A stretch of 64,000 nucleotides of DNA, taken from contig OY762428.1 of the NCBI GenBank assembly GCA_963665665.1, positions 1,312,001-1,376,000 on the forward strand, read 5' to 3'. The notes under the pieces are model-generated. The model made no database searches, had not been told where the DNA came from, and saw only the letters and a list, made by a program, of their open reading frames with translations. This document shows, in pieces, positions 42,482 to 53,000 of the stretch; position 1 is the first letter of the stretch; the number at the start of each line of letters is the position of its first letter. A program made the translations under genes and the position numbers. The DNA is from Candidatus Kapaibacterium sp. (GTDB taxonomy: Bacteria > Bacteroidota > Ignavibacteria > Kapaibacteriales > UBA2268).

Positions 42482-42883
42482 TCATTTCTTTGTCCATCCG
42501 AATTCAGAACTAATGGCATTAAGAACTGTTTCCGGATTTTCAAGAACAAGTTCATTTTCAAATCTCAGTACTTTTATTCCATAGGCTTCAAGAAATAAAT
42601 TCTTTTCATTGTCATATTCTTTTTGATGAATTAAATGATGAATTTCACCATCAAGCTCAATACCGATTTTTTCCTCCGGACAATAAAAATCAAGAATATA
42701 ATCACCAATACTATGTTGACGCCTGAATTTATTCCCTCCAAGCTGTCTGTTTTTCAGAAACATCCATAAACGGCTTTCTGCCTTTGTCGGATTGTTTCGT
42801 AGATCTTTTCTGAAAGTTTTCAGATATCGCAAGTTATTTAGTCTACATTTCATGATATTCCTTTCAATTCCTGTCTTCTTCAT
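42482..42883 (-). CDS. DUF559 / Vsr-like endonuclease domain protein, copy 1
   Basis: LRNNPTKAESRLW, KFRRQHSIGDYILDFYC, IELDGEIH, GIKVLRFEN. Confidence 0.9.
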   Translation of the reverse strand: MKKTGIERNIMKCRLNNLRYLKTFRKDLRNNPTKAESRLWMFLKNRQLGGNKFRRQHSIGDYILDFYCPEEKIGIELDGEIHHLIHQKEYDNEKNLFLEAYGIKVLRFENELVLENPETVLNAISSEFGWTKK

Positions 42884-43329
42884 CCTTCATGAAGAAGTAT
42901 ATTGGATTGTTTCTTATTTAGTCCTTTTCTTTCTACCTCCCCCCGGCCCCCTCCTTCAAAAGGAGGGGGAGTTAATTCTATGATATTTAACTTCTTATCC
43001 CCTCCTAATGTAGGAGGGGATTATAGGGGTGGATTCTTTTTCTTAGCTTCCCTTATCCACGAGATAGAGCACCTGGCTATTGAATTTGATGAAAGCAGGA
43101 GGAGTTAATCTTATGATATTTAACTTCTTATCCCCTCCTAATGTAGGAGGGGAATACAGGGGTGGTTTTGTTTCTTTGCTTTGGAACCTTGCACCTTTAT
43201 CCACGAGATAGAGCACCTGGCTATTGAATTTGATGAAAGCAGGGGGAGTTAATTCTATGATATTTAACTTCTTATCCCCTCCTCGGGGAGGAGGGGATTA
43301 TAGGGGTGGTCGGGACAGGAAGCAGGAAT

Positions 43330-43731
43330 TCATTTCTTTGTCCATCCGAATTCAGAACTAATGGCATTAAGAACTGTTTCCGGATTTTCAAGAACAAGTT
43401 CATTTTCAAATCTTAGTACTTTTATTCCATAGGCTTCAAGAAATAAATTCTTTTCATTGTCATATTCTTTTTGATGAATTAAATGATGAATTTCACCATC
43501 AAGCTCAATACCGATTTTTTCCTCCGGACAATAAAAATCAAGAATATAATCACCAATACTATGTTGACGCCTGAATTTATTCCCTCCAAGCTGTCTGTTT
43601 TTCAGAAACATCCATAAACGGCTTTCTGCCTTTGTCGGATTGTTTCGTAGATCTTTTCTGAAAGTTTTCAGATATCGCAAGTTATTTAGTCTACATTTCA
43701 TGATATTCCTTTCAATTCCTGTCTTCTTCAT
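43330..43731 (-). CDS. DUF559 endonuclease domain protein, copy 2
   Basis: Protein identical to copy 1; one synonymous difference seen (tcttagtac vs tctcagtac). Confidence 0.9.
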   Translation of the reverse strand: MKKTGIERNIMKCRLNNLRYLKTFRKDLRNNPTKAESRLWMFLKNRQLGGNKFRRQHSIGDYILDFYCPEEKIGIELDGEIHHLIHQKEYDNEKNLFLEAYGIKVLRFENELVLENPETVLNAISSEFGWTKK

Positions 43732-44164
43732 CCTTCATGAAGAAGTATATTGGATTGTTTCTTATTTAGTCCTTTTCTTCCTACCTCCCCCCGCCCTCTC
43801 CTTCAAAAGGAGGGGGAGTTAATCTTATGATATTTAACTTCTTATCCCCTCCTAATGTAGGAGGGGATTATAGGGATGGATTCTTTTTCTTAGCTTCCCT
43901 TTTCCACGAGATAGAGCACCTGGCTATTGAATTTGATGAAAGCAGGAGGAGTTAATTCTATGATATTTAACTTCTTATCCCCTCCTCGGGGAGGAGGGGA
44001 TTATAGGGGTGGTTTTGTTTCTTAGCTTCCCTTATCCACGAGATAGAGCACCTGGCTATTGAATTTGACGAAAGCAGGGGGAGTTAATTCTATGATATTT
44101 AACTTCTTATCCCCTCCTAAAGTAGGAGGGGATTATAGGGGAGGTCGGGACAGGAAGCAGGAAT

Positions 44165-44566
44165 TCATTTCTTTGTCCATCCGAATTCAGAACTAATGGC
44201 ATTAAGAACTGTTTCCGGATTTTCAAGAACAAGTTCATTTTCAAATCTCAGTACTTTTATTCCATAGGCTTCAAGAAATAAATTCTTTTCATTGTCATAT
44301 TCTTTTTGATGAATTAAATGATGAATTTCACCATCAAGCTCAATACCGATTTTTTCCTCCGGACAATAAAAATCAAGAATATAATCACCAATACTATGTT
44401 GACGCCTGAATTTATTCCCTCCAAGCTGTCTGTTTTTCAGAAACATCCATAAACGGCTTTCTGCCTTTGTCGGATTGTTTCGTAGATCTTTTCTGAAAGT
44501 TTTCAGATATCGCAAGTTATTTAGTCTACATTTCATGATATTCCTTTCAATTCCTGTCTTCTTCAT
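44165..44566 (-). CDS. DUF559 endonuclease domain protein, copy 3
   Basis: Protein identical to copy 1. Confidence 0.9.
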   Translation of the reverse strand: MKKTGIERNIMKCRLNNLRYLKTFRKDLRNNPTKAESRLWMFLKNRQLGGNKFRRQHSIGDYILDFYCPEEKIGIELDGEIHHLIHQKEYDNEKNLFLEAYGIKVLRFENELVLENPETVLNAISSEFGWTKK

Positions 44567-44790
44567 CCTTCATGAAGAAGTATATTGGATTGTTTCTTAT
44601 TTAGTCCTTTTCTTCCTACCTCCCCCCGGCCCCCCCCTTCGAAAGGAGGGGGAGTTAATATTATGATATTTAACTTCTTATCCCCTCCTAATGTAGGAGG
44701 GGATTATAGGGGTGGATTCTTTTTCTTAGCTTCCCTTATCCACGAGATAGAGCACCTGGCTATTGAATTTGATGATGATAAGGCTGGAAG

Positions 44791-44874
44791 GTCATTCTGA
44801 GCGTCAGCGAAGAATCCATTCTTCATGCACTATCTGACTAAAGAAGATAGATTCTTCACTTCGTTCAGAATGAC
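44791..44874. repeat. Inverted-pair element GTCATTCTGA...TCAGAATGAC
   Basis: gtcattctgagcgtcagcgaagaatc ... gattcttcacttcgttcagaatgac. Confidence 0.8.
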
Positions 44875-45258
44875 CGCTTTTCTAACCTTTTAGAAAGCCC
44901 CATGAGGGAAATCCTCTTTGCTTTCGGATAGGACAGCTGACAGAGCATCGGAATATACTAAGGGTATATCAATTGTCAAAGAACTATTGATATGATGAAA
45001 TATGTTATAAATGCCCGAAAGATTGCCGATTGTAATTCACATTACTGCAAGAATTTATGAAATTATTTATAAAAATACAAATGGAATTATTGAAAAAATC
45101 CTGAAGAAAATGAAGACAAATAAAACCGGATTGAATATGATTAAGTAATTGATACAATTGTTCCACTGGAACAGGAAGAAAAAATAACAGCTCAAGATAT
45201 CGCCAGATTGAATAAAATGCTCGCAAAATTTGAAGGTGTAAATATCCCATAATATCGT

Positions 45259-45723
45259 TTACTTATTTTCCTTCGATATTTCCAACGCTTCAATTATTGA
45301 TGAAAAAAGTAGAGAATCGCTGCAATCCTTATTACTAATTTCGATTTTCTCATCGTTATATTCCTTCAAAGCCCATCCCGGCCTACTTTTATCATAGTAT
45401 ATATATGGAGTAATTGTAGTTTTTTCTCCATAATCCTTTATACAACAGGAACAAGAAGTCCTGTATAATTTTGAGAAGGATTTTTGCCCCATCTTATCCA
45501 GCAAAAATCTTTCTCTCTCTTTACACTTTTCGCGAGGCGGCCTTATAACATCAATTCTGCTGCTGTTTAAAGCTATTTTAACTTTCTGAAGAAATAAATC
45601 TGTTTCAATATCTATTGGCAAAACAAAAATTGGTTCATCAGAAATAGTAATTCCTTCAACAGATTCTGAATTTGTTACTATGATAAATTCTTTTTTAGTT
45701 TGATATATATAACACATTTTCAT
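45259..45723 (-). CDS. Putative immunity protein (CdiI-like)
   Basis: Third small ORF behind RHS toxin; ALNSSR...LLDKMGQKSFSKLYR pattern reminiscent of CdiI proteins. Confidence 0.5.
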   Translation of the reverse strand: MKMCYIYQTKKEFIIVTNSESVEGITISDEPIFVLPIDIETDLFLQKVKIALNSSRIDVIRPPREKCKERERFLLDKMGQKSFSKLYRTSCSCCIKDYGEKTTITPYIYYDKSRPGWALKEYNDEKIEISNKDCSDSLLFSSIIEALEISKENK

Positions 45724-45773
45724 GATTTAATCCACAACATTTATAGAGATATGCCACGCCTTTACACCTCCTA

Positions 45774-46352
45774 TCATATTTCCCCATCCCATCCGTTGTA
45801 GCAGCCTGCCAGTCCCTGCCAGAAAAGTAGATAATCCTCACCTCCGGCAGCAATTGAAGCTTTCAGAGCTATATCACATTTGTCGTCGTAACTAAATGTA
45901 TCTTCTTTACTTTTCAATTCATTACAGTATTGTACAAATACGATTGCCAGAGCATCAAGAAAAGAAAACTGATCTCGTGCACAACTGTAAAATGTCCTTG
46001 GCTCGATATCATCAGCTTCCATAAATTGTATTTTCCCATTCAGATGATTTATCACAATTGCATCATCAGAATATTCTGCAACAACCTGACAATGATCCGG
46101 GTAAACAACCGTTTCGGAAATATCAAAATTCAGCCCTGCAAATCCGAAATTTTCCAATTCATAATTCATAAGCAAATCTTCAACCGGTTTACCTGAGAAT
46201 TTCTGATTAGCTTTTTTCTCAAAATTCAATTCAATCACAAATTCTTGAGAAAGAGAATCCCCAAGCCCGGCAGCAATCATTTCATCATAGCCAGGTGCGT
46301 TTTCATTAACAATATTATAGAATTCTTGTGCTGTCATTATAACACATATCAA
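45774..46352 (-). CDS. Putative immunity protein (acidic, SUKH-like possible)
   Basis: Position behind RHS; IVINHLNGKIQFME...CARDQFSFLDAL. Confidence 0.5.
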   Translation of the reverse strand: MICVIMTAQEFYNIVNENAPGYDEMIAAGLGDSLSQEFVIELNFEKKANQKFSGKPVEDLLMNYELENFGFAGLNFDISETVVYPDHCQVVAEYSDDAIVINHLNGKIQFMEADDIEPRTFYSCARDQFSFLDALAIVFVQYCNELKSKEDTFSYDDKCDIALKASIAAGGEDYLLFWQGLAGCYNGWDGEI

Positions 46353-46365
46353 TTATTTATTGGAA

Positions 46366-47016
46366 TCACCCCTTAAATATCCTGGGTTCTTTGATACCAT
46401 TGTCCTTCATAAATTGTTTTAATTCTGCAATTTTTTCATCTGCATCTTCTTTTGACAGATAAGTATTTATGATTTCAATATACATATTTCTCCATGATTC
46501 CTTCTTTATATCAAAGTAATCATATATCGAACTTCCATTCCTAAGTAAATAAATAGCAGATGTCATATAAGGAATTGAATTAATGTGCTTATAAATTCTG
46601 GTTGGTAAATGTCTAATTTCTTCATATGAACATCTGATATATTCTGTGAATTCTTGATAACCTGGATTTTTATATCCAATTCCTGTTTTCGACCAATCTA
46701 ATTCAAATGGATAGCAATCTAGTTCTTTAAATAATGGAAATTCCCTATTATAATTTGAATTAGTTCCAACATATTTCCATATTGCATTGCCTTTATTATT
46801 TCTCGGCATACTAAAAACCTTTACTGCTTTGATAAGTAATTTTTGCCTAATTATACTTTCAATTTGAATTTTTTTACATATATCAATTTCAATATAGTCA
46901 TATACTTTTGCTATTAATGAAGATACATCTTTAAAGTCAACAATTTCACAAAATGAATATCCCAAGTCTGCTAATAATTTAAATCGATATATTCTTCCTG
47001 ATTTTTTATGTTTCAT
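46366..47016 (-). CDS. Putative cognate immunity protein of the RHS toxin (Imm26-like N-terminus)
   Basis: Starts 23 bp after the toxin stop with GAGG upstream; GRIYRFKLLADLGYSFC pattern. Confidence 0.6.
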   Translation of the reverse strand: MKHKKSGRIYRFKLLADLGYSFCEIVDFKDVSSLIAKVYDYIEIDICKKIQIESIIRQKLLIKAVKVFSMPRNNKGNAIWKYVGTNSNYNREFPLFKELDCYPFELDWSKTGIGYKNPGYQEFTEYIRCSYEEIRHLPTRIYKHINSIPYMTSAIYLLRNGSSIYDYFDIKKESWRNMYIEIINTYLSKEDADEKIAELKQFMKDNGIKEPRIFKG

Positions 47017-47039
47017 AACTTTTACCTCTTAAAATATGT

Positions 47040-50000
47040 CTACTGTTTTTTGAATATAGTCTCCCAATTTGGAATATTATGATTTAACCAATCTCTTGCT
47101 GCAGATTTATATATTTCGTTAACTGTAGCTCTAATTTTATTAGCAGTTCGGTTTATGGCTCCTGCCCTAACTTCAGCTTTAGTTTTAAAACCATTCAATT
47201 CAATAATAAGTTGTTCAATTCCTTTTGCTATTCCAATATTCGGAATATTCCCTTCAAGTTCTTCAAATGCTCTAATAGAATTTTCTAATACGAATTCTAA
47301 CGAATATCTGCCTCCTCCAATTGCATTCATTGTAATTCCAATATATAATTTTTTTTCAGACAATTCTTTTAGCGTTTTAAAATAATGATATACCGTATAC
47401 CCATTTTTAACTTTTTCGAGAGTACCAAAATTGGAACCTAATAAACTGGAAATCTTTCCAATATTTTTTAATGATTTCACAATTGTTTGATAACTTGTAA
47501 CACTGGCATATACCGTATTAAAACCAGTTAAGTATCCATCACTATCTACAATCCAACCATTCCATCTCCTCTCTCCAACAATAAACCGAGAAAGACCTGA
47601 TAATTTAGGTAGCACCTGCCCACCTTCCCAATCAAGATTCACTATTTCATAATATTCAGGCAAATACCATCCAGCTTTACCGTAATCATTGCCTTCATGA
47701 TAAATTCTCGTTTCCTTTTTTCTATATTGGGTAGTTCCATCATCAGCAAAATATGGATCCCACATTATTGTTTGCTCATCACCTTGCTTACCAACGCCCC
47801 AAACAGCTTCTTTCCCATTTTGAGTTATGATATTTTCATCCAAACCCATCGGATCCACGAAAACAATTGGATTATTACCAAAAGATATGTAGCCGGAGAC
47901 ATCGGGTTTCACTACCGGGTCCAGCTTTAGCCAGCGGGCAATATCCGGATCGTATAATCTGTGGAGAGTTGTATACCCCTTCCCCTCTCCCCTGAATTCC
48001 GGATCCTGTTCCATGCCGTTGAAGCCGAAGCGGTAAGCGGGGCTGTTGGCGCTTATCCATGTTTGCGCCAGGCCGAAGGGATAATAATTATTGATGGCCA
48101 GCGGCGTCAGGTTGAATGCGAAATTCTCGCGGTCGGCATTCAGGTTGACAGGCTGCTTTATATCTCCTATCAATGCACGCAGGTTGCCGAGGTGATCCTT
48201 GTACTCGTATTCCTTGAAGCCAAGCTGCCGCTCGTTGGTTGCCGGAGTGAAATTAAAATAAGGATGCGAAGCAATTGCTACAGCTTCGGGATAAATAATA
48301 TTGCCGTTATCGTCGGGGTATTCCGTGGAATTATCCGAATCCTTTTCAGGACGAACTGTTGCTATGCGCCCCATGGCGCCCGAACCATACACAAACCACT
48401 CGCGGACATCCAGCCAGAAGAAAGGCATGCAGGTAGTTTCTTCCAGTTTTCCCATTGTTTCATAAACGGCAAGTACGGTATTATTGGCATCAGGGATATA
48501 GTAAGTTCCCTTCATCTGCACCTGGCCGAAACATTCACTGCAATTGCTGATCTCATCCCTGGCCGCCATAAGCTCAGGCGAGTATGTCAGCTTTGCCACC
48601 CTGGTTCCGGAAGCGTCGTAAAGGAAACGCGTTTCCATTGTAAAATCGCTTGCCGGAGCGCAATCTATATTCGGCAGCAGATCGCTTTTTATATTCCTGA
48701 TGATCTTGCCGTTATGATCCCATACCATCGTGTTAGTATAAGTATCCTGCCCGATGCTGCTTTCAGTATCAAGGTTCCCGATATCGTCATAAGTATAATC
48801 AACAGTACCAGCGCCCTTAACCGCCGAGATCAGTTGATTATTCGTTCCCGATATATTCATCATCACATCATTGCTGTTTCCGCCATTATCACCCCGGAAA
48901 ATGGTTCTTATGTTCCCGTTGGCATCGTAGTGATATGCGCTTTTCAGCCTTTCCGACTCGGCATTCCAGGTATTAACATATTTATTCCTTTTCGATCGGG
49001 TCAGCCTGTTCAGGTAATCATACCGGTACTGGTAACCATTTCCGATTTCATTCAGTGTAGAAGGTGCTTTCAGCCCAAGATAAAATTTCAGAGAATCATC
49101 AAAAGCATACTCGGCGGAGGCAATATTCCCGTTATATAGATTCACAAGGCCCGGCAGACGATCAACTGAACCAAGCAACGCCGGATTTACCGGGTAGATA
49201 AAATCGTTTTCGTAATAATTCAGCACATAGCCAAAAGCATCGGGGGCTGTCTGAGTTCCGTAGTCCTGGTTAATTCCCGCCCTGTAACCCTGGACGCCGC
49301 CGTTCACAGCTTTAAGCTTGCCGTCGGCAGTATAGTAATAATCGTCGGCAGTTATCAGGTCCTCGCCCGTAACCGTGCGCTGCAAAGGCCCGTGAGGATA
49401 ATATTCATAGCGGTTGTCCCTGTCCCAAAGCTTCCCATTCCTTGAGCTGAGAGCAAGTGAAATTTTATTATCGGCGTCATACTCGAACATCTGGTGGAAC
49501 TGGTCGGCGCGGCCGGAACAATAATGCACCTGCCGGGTATTCCCGCTGATAAGGTCGTACTCGTAGTCAATTTTCATGCTGATAGTTTCCGGCAGGAAGG
49601 TTTCCTGGCCCTGGAACATAGCCCATTCCATAAGCGGTATTTCCTGCACCAGCCACTTAATATTTCCATGCAGATCGTAACTGTAGGAGGTAGCCACTGT
49701 AAAATGACTTCCGAGCGGCTCAGGCAGCCGTCCGCCCTCCCGGTTATTATAATGAACGGCATAGCTGAGCCTATTTCTTAAATTGTCCTGCTGTAGATTT
49801 TCGTAAGGAATTTTGAAAGCGCCAAAGGGTTTGGTATAGAAATATTCGGTATATGAAACCCTGTCAATAAGCGGATCAGGATAAAACCTGTCATTCGCGG
49901 GATTTCCGTTTGCAAAAACTGTCTCGTCGTAGGCAATCTCGCCTTTTTCAATCACACGGTTCTGCAAATCGTACTTAACATAGGAAATCAGCGGCGGGGC

Positions 50001-53000
50001 GTTAGCCTTCTGCACGGCGTCGCGCGAAAACCTGAGGCGGCCGAAATCATCGTAGAAATATTCCTTCGGCAGTATTTCATCCGGGGATTTTGCGCTTACA
50101 ACATTGCCAAGCGAATTATACTGGTACATACTTTTGTAGCCATGCTCCGGATGCTCCAGCCTGCCAGTCCTTGTTCCGTCAATATCCACCCCCTTTGGCG
50201 GCACTGTTTGAACAAGATTTCCGGCGCGGTCGTAATAAAACAGGGTGAAATGGTTATAATCCACATCATACTTTACCGTAAACTCCTCGTTTATCAGCGA
50301 AGGATCGTCCATAATAGCAGCTATTCTTTCTCCAATCTGTTCTTTACCCTGCTTAATCAGTTCCTTTCGGCAGCTATTCATCTGCGCATTAAGCGAGTTT
50401 ATCAGAGCCTGTTCAATTTCGTCGTTACAATCCCGGAGTGTCAATACCTTCTCAATATTATCCTCATCATATTCCCTGTCAATCCACCGGAAGCAGAGTT
50501 TGGGATTGCCTCCATTAAATTCAATCGCAGAACAAAGAAATGTATAATCCTGAGGAGTAGGAAAACCTTTACATATGTTAAGAGGCTTATCTAAATATTC
50601 AAAACTTCTGGAAAGAAGAAGATAATCTATTAATTCTCCGTTATTATAGTAGTTATTAATAACAAAACGATCATAATATTTAATCTTCCATATTGATGTT
50701 TCCAAATTGTAACAATTATTTCTGGTTTCAACATTTATCCATTTATCTTTTGGAAAGAATACCCATTCATTAAAGGCAAGTCCGTTTTCATCTTTATAGA
50801 ATGAGGAATAATGAGGATAAGGCATATTGGTATAATGATTATATTCAGGATTGTTTTCCGGTATTGCCCATGGATGTTGTTCAGTTCTTGGTACGACATT
50901 TACAAATTGATCAGTAGTTTCACAACTATAACATTCGTCAAAACTTAATGTTTGGTCAGTACAAATATCATTTAACATATCAAAAGCAGCTTTAATCAGT
51001 AGGCAATTGACCTGCCTCATTAAACTATCGCCACTTTCTGCTGCATATTCATCTGCAATGATATTAACATTATATGGTATATAATCTTCGAGGCCTTCTA
51101 TTAGATAATCCAGTCTCATATTCAAAAAATCAACAATAAATTTTTTATATGCAATATCCGTTGGAATATTTAGGGTTGTGTTATCATAAGAATATTGATT
51201 ATCATATAAAGTAGTCCAATAACTTGGACATGGCGGATCATCTCCTGCAAGTTTTAATTCATAATCAGCATACATTGAATTGTGGAAATTTTCTCTGGCA
51301 TTCAAATCACCGAGAGCAATTTCCCCAAAATTATCCCTTCTGATATTAAGCTTACAACCTCCCTTGCAGTGGGCTACCAGGATATCAACATAGTCATCTG
51401 CTGCATCTTCAGTCAGATAATGGTTTATATTTAAAATTTGATCACCATTTGCATCAACCGGATACGGATTCCAATCACTTATATAAATATAATCATCACA
51501 ACTATTGTTTTCCGGATTGGGATCAAAGTATTTGTCATCATAAATAGCATAGTCATTATCCCTGTGCAGTTTGATAATACTCGCCCTGAAGTTTCTTTCC
51601 TCGCAACCGTCCTCGCATTGATCAACCAAAAGAGCTACCATTTCCTCAACACATTCCATATCAATATCGCCGGTAGCAGGGTCAAGACAGTGAGAAAGAT
51701 CTACATAGTCAAACACCCCGGACAAAAACGGATCATTATCAACTTCATCCTTCTTTTCTTTTATCTTACTTTTTACCACATCATAGGGAAGAGTTGCAGC
51801 AACGCATTGGTAAAAATTATTCCACTCGTCCGAAGTAAAACTATCCGGATCAAGATCAATGCTTTGTGTTACAATTGGCGGTATCGTTGCAGAAAATGAA
51901 AAATTTGGAAATACAGCGCTAAAATTTTCCTCGCATAATTCCTGATAAAATTCCAGATTACTTATATTATTTGTAAATGCCGGGAAATAATAGAAATATT
52001 CAAATGCGTAGTCAATATAGCCCTTTCCATATTGCTGCGATGTTTGTGTATTATCCCACAGGCCATTAATATCGGTTTCACTTGCGTATCCTCCTAATCC
52101 ACCGTATGGATGATTGGAAATTCCCTTTATCTTCCTGCCTGTACAATCCAGAAAAGCGTTAAGCAGGTTAAAGTCTTCGGAAGGAACCCGTACTATTGAT
52201 CCGTCGCTCCTTACAACATTGTTCCCGGAAGCGTCAATATATTCCTCAGTACCCTGGGCAACAAACATTTCCACAGCATTTACCCAGCAATCACAGAATT
52301 CATCCTTTTCATAATCTTCATATTCAATGGTACTTTGCATGTTTCCTATTAAGGCATCAAAAGCGCCGTTACCCCCGGTACTGTATGGAGATATTTCTGG
52401 AATAATTTTTTCAATATCCCCGTCACGGTTCATGTCTCCCCAGAAATATGAAGAAATATTTTCACTATTCAGAACAGTTTCATTATCTATATCTCCAAAA
52501 TTTGTTGTATAAGGATCATAGCACAAACTGATTAGCTCAACAGCTTTATCTTTAAGGTATTCTTCATAACTTCCTACAATTTCGCAAGTCTGCTCGCATG
52601 TAACAATACTGATTTTCGCTTCAGAGCAGCACCCGATTTGTTTAGTAAATATATTTTCCTCCGAATTATAAACCCAGCCAATATCAAGGAGTTCATAAGT
52701 ATCAGAAGGATCGTCAGCAACATGGAAGAGCCTCGTTAAATCCGGCTCAGTACTGATCATTATCGAGTTTATCAACGAACTGACCTGAGTGATTTCTATG
52801 TTCCAGTCATTTTCAACGGCAGTTTTTACTTTATCTGTAAAGTCCTGCTCAATTTCAGAAACATCAAATCGGATGTATTTTTTTGCTTCATATTTACCAC
52901 TTCCGAGCAAATCTTTACCATTTGGATTACCATCAAAAGCCCATGATTTGGTATAAACAATCGGGGCATCAGCGTCCCGGTCATCGCAGGTCGGATACTC

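Larger units (their letters stand above)
41961..44775. repeat. Array of ~132-bp palindromic units interleaved with three DUF559 genes
   Basis: Unit starts (gagttaat) at 42001, 42134, 42266, 42398, 42969, 43102, ~43246, 43816, ~43948, 44081, 44652; each has a cccctcct-N5-aggagggg hairpin, full units also ccacgagatagagcacctggctatt. Confidence 0.92.

Noticed and set aside
41961-44775. Possible CRISPR array
   Set aside because: Sequence between hairpins is itself repeated rather than unique spacer, the period is ~132 bp, and no cas genes are in the window
45005-45250. 81-aa ORF after the immunity genes
   Set aside because: No motif or clear translation signal; cannot be supported
45724-45773. 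Possible remnant of an orphan toxin C-terminus (GGVKAWHISINVVD*) before the CdiI-like gene
   Set aside because: Only 14 codons; indistinguishable from chance without a search
47961-49139. 392-aa plus-strand ORF
   Set aside because: Antisense to the GC-richer RHS core, no recognisable motifs
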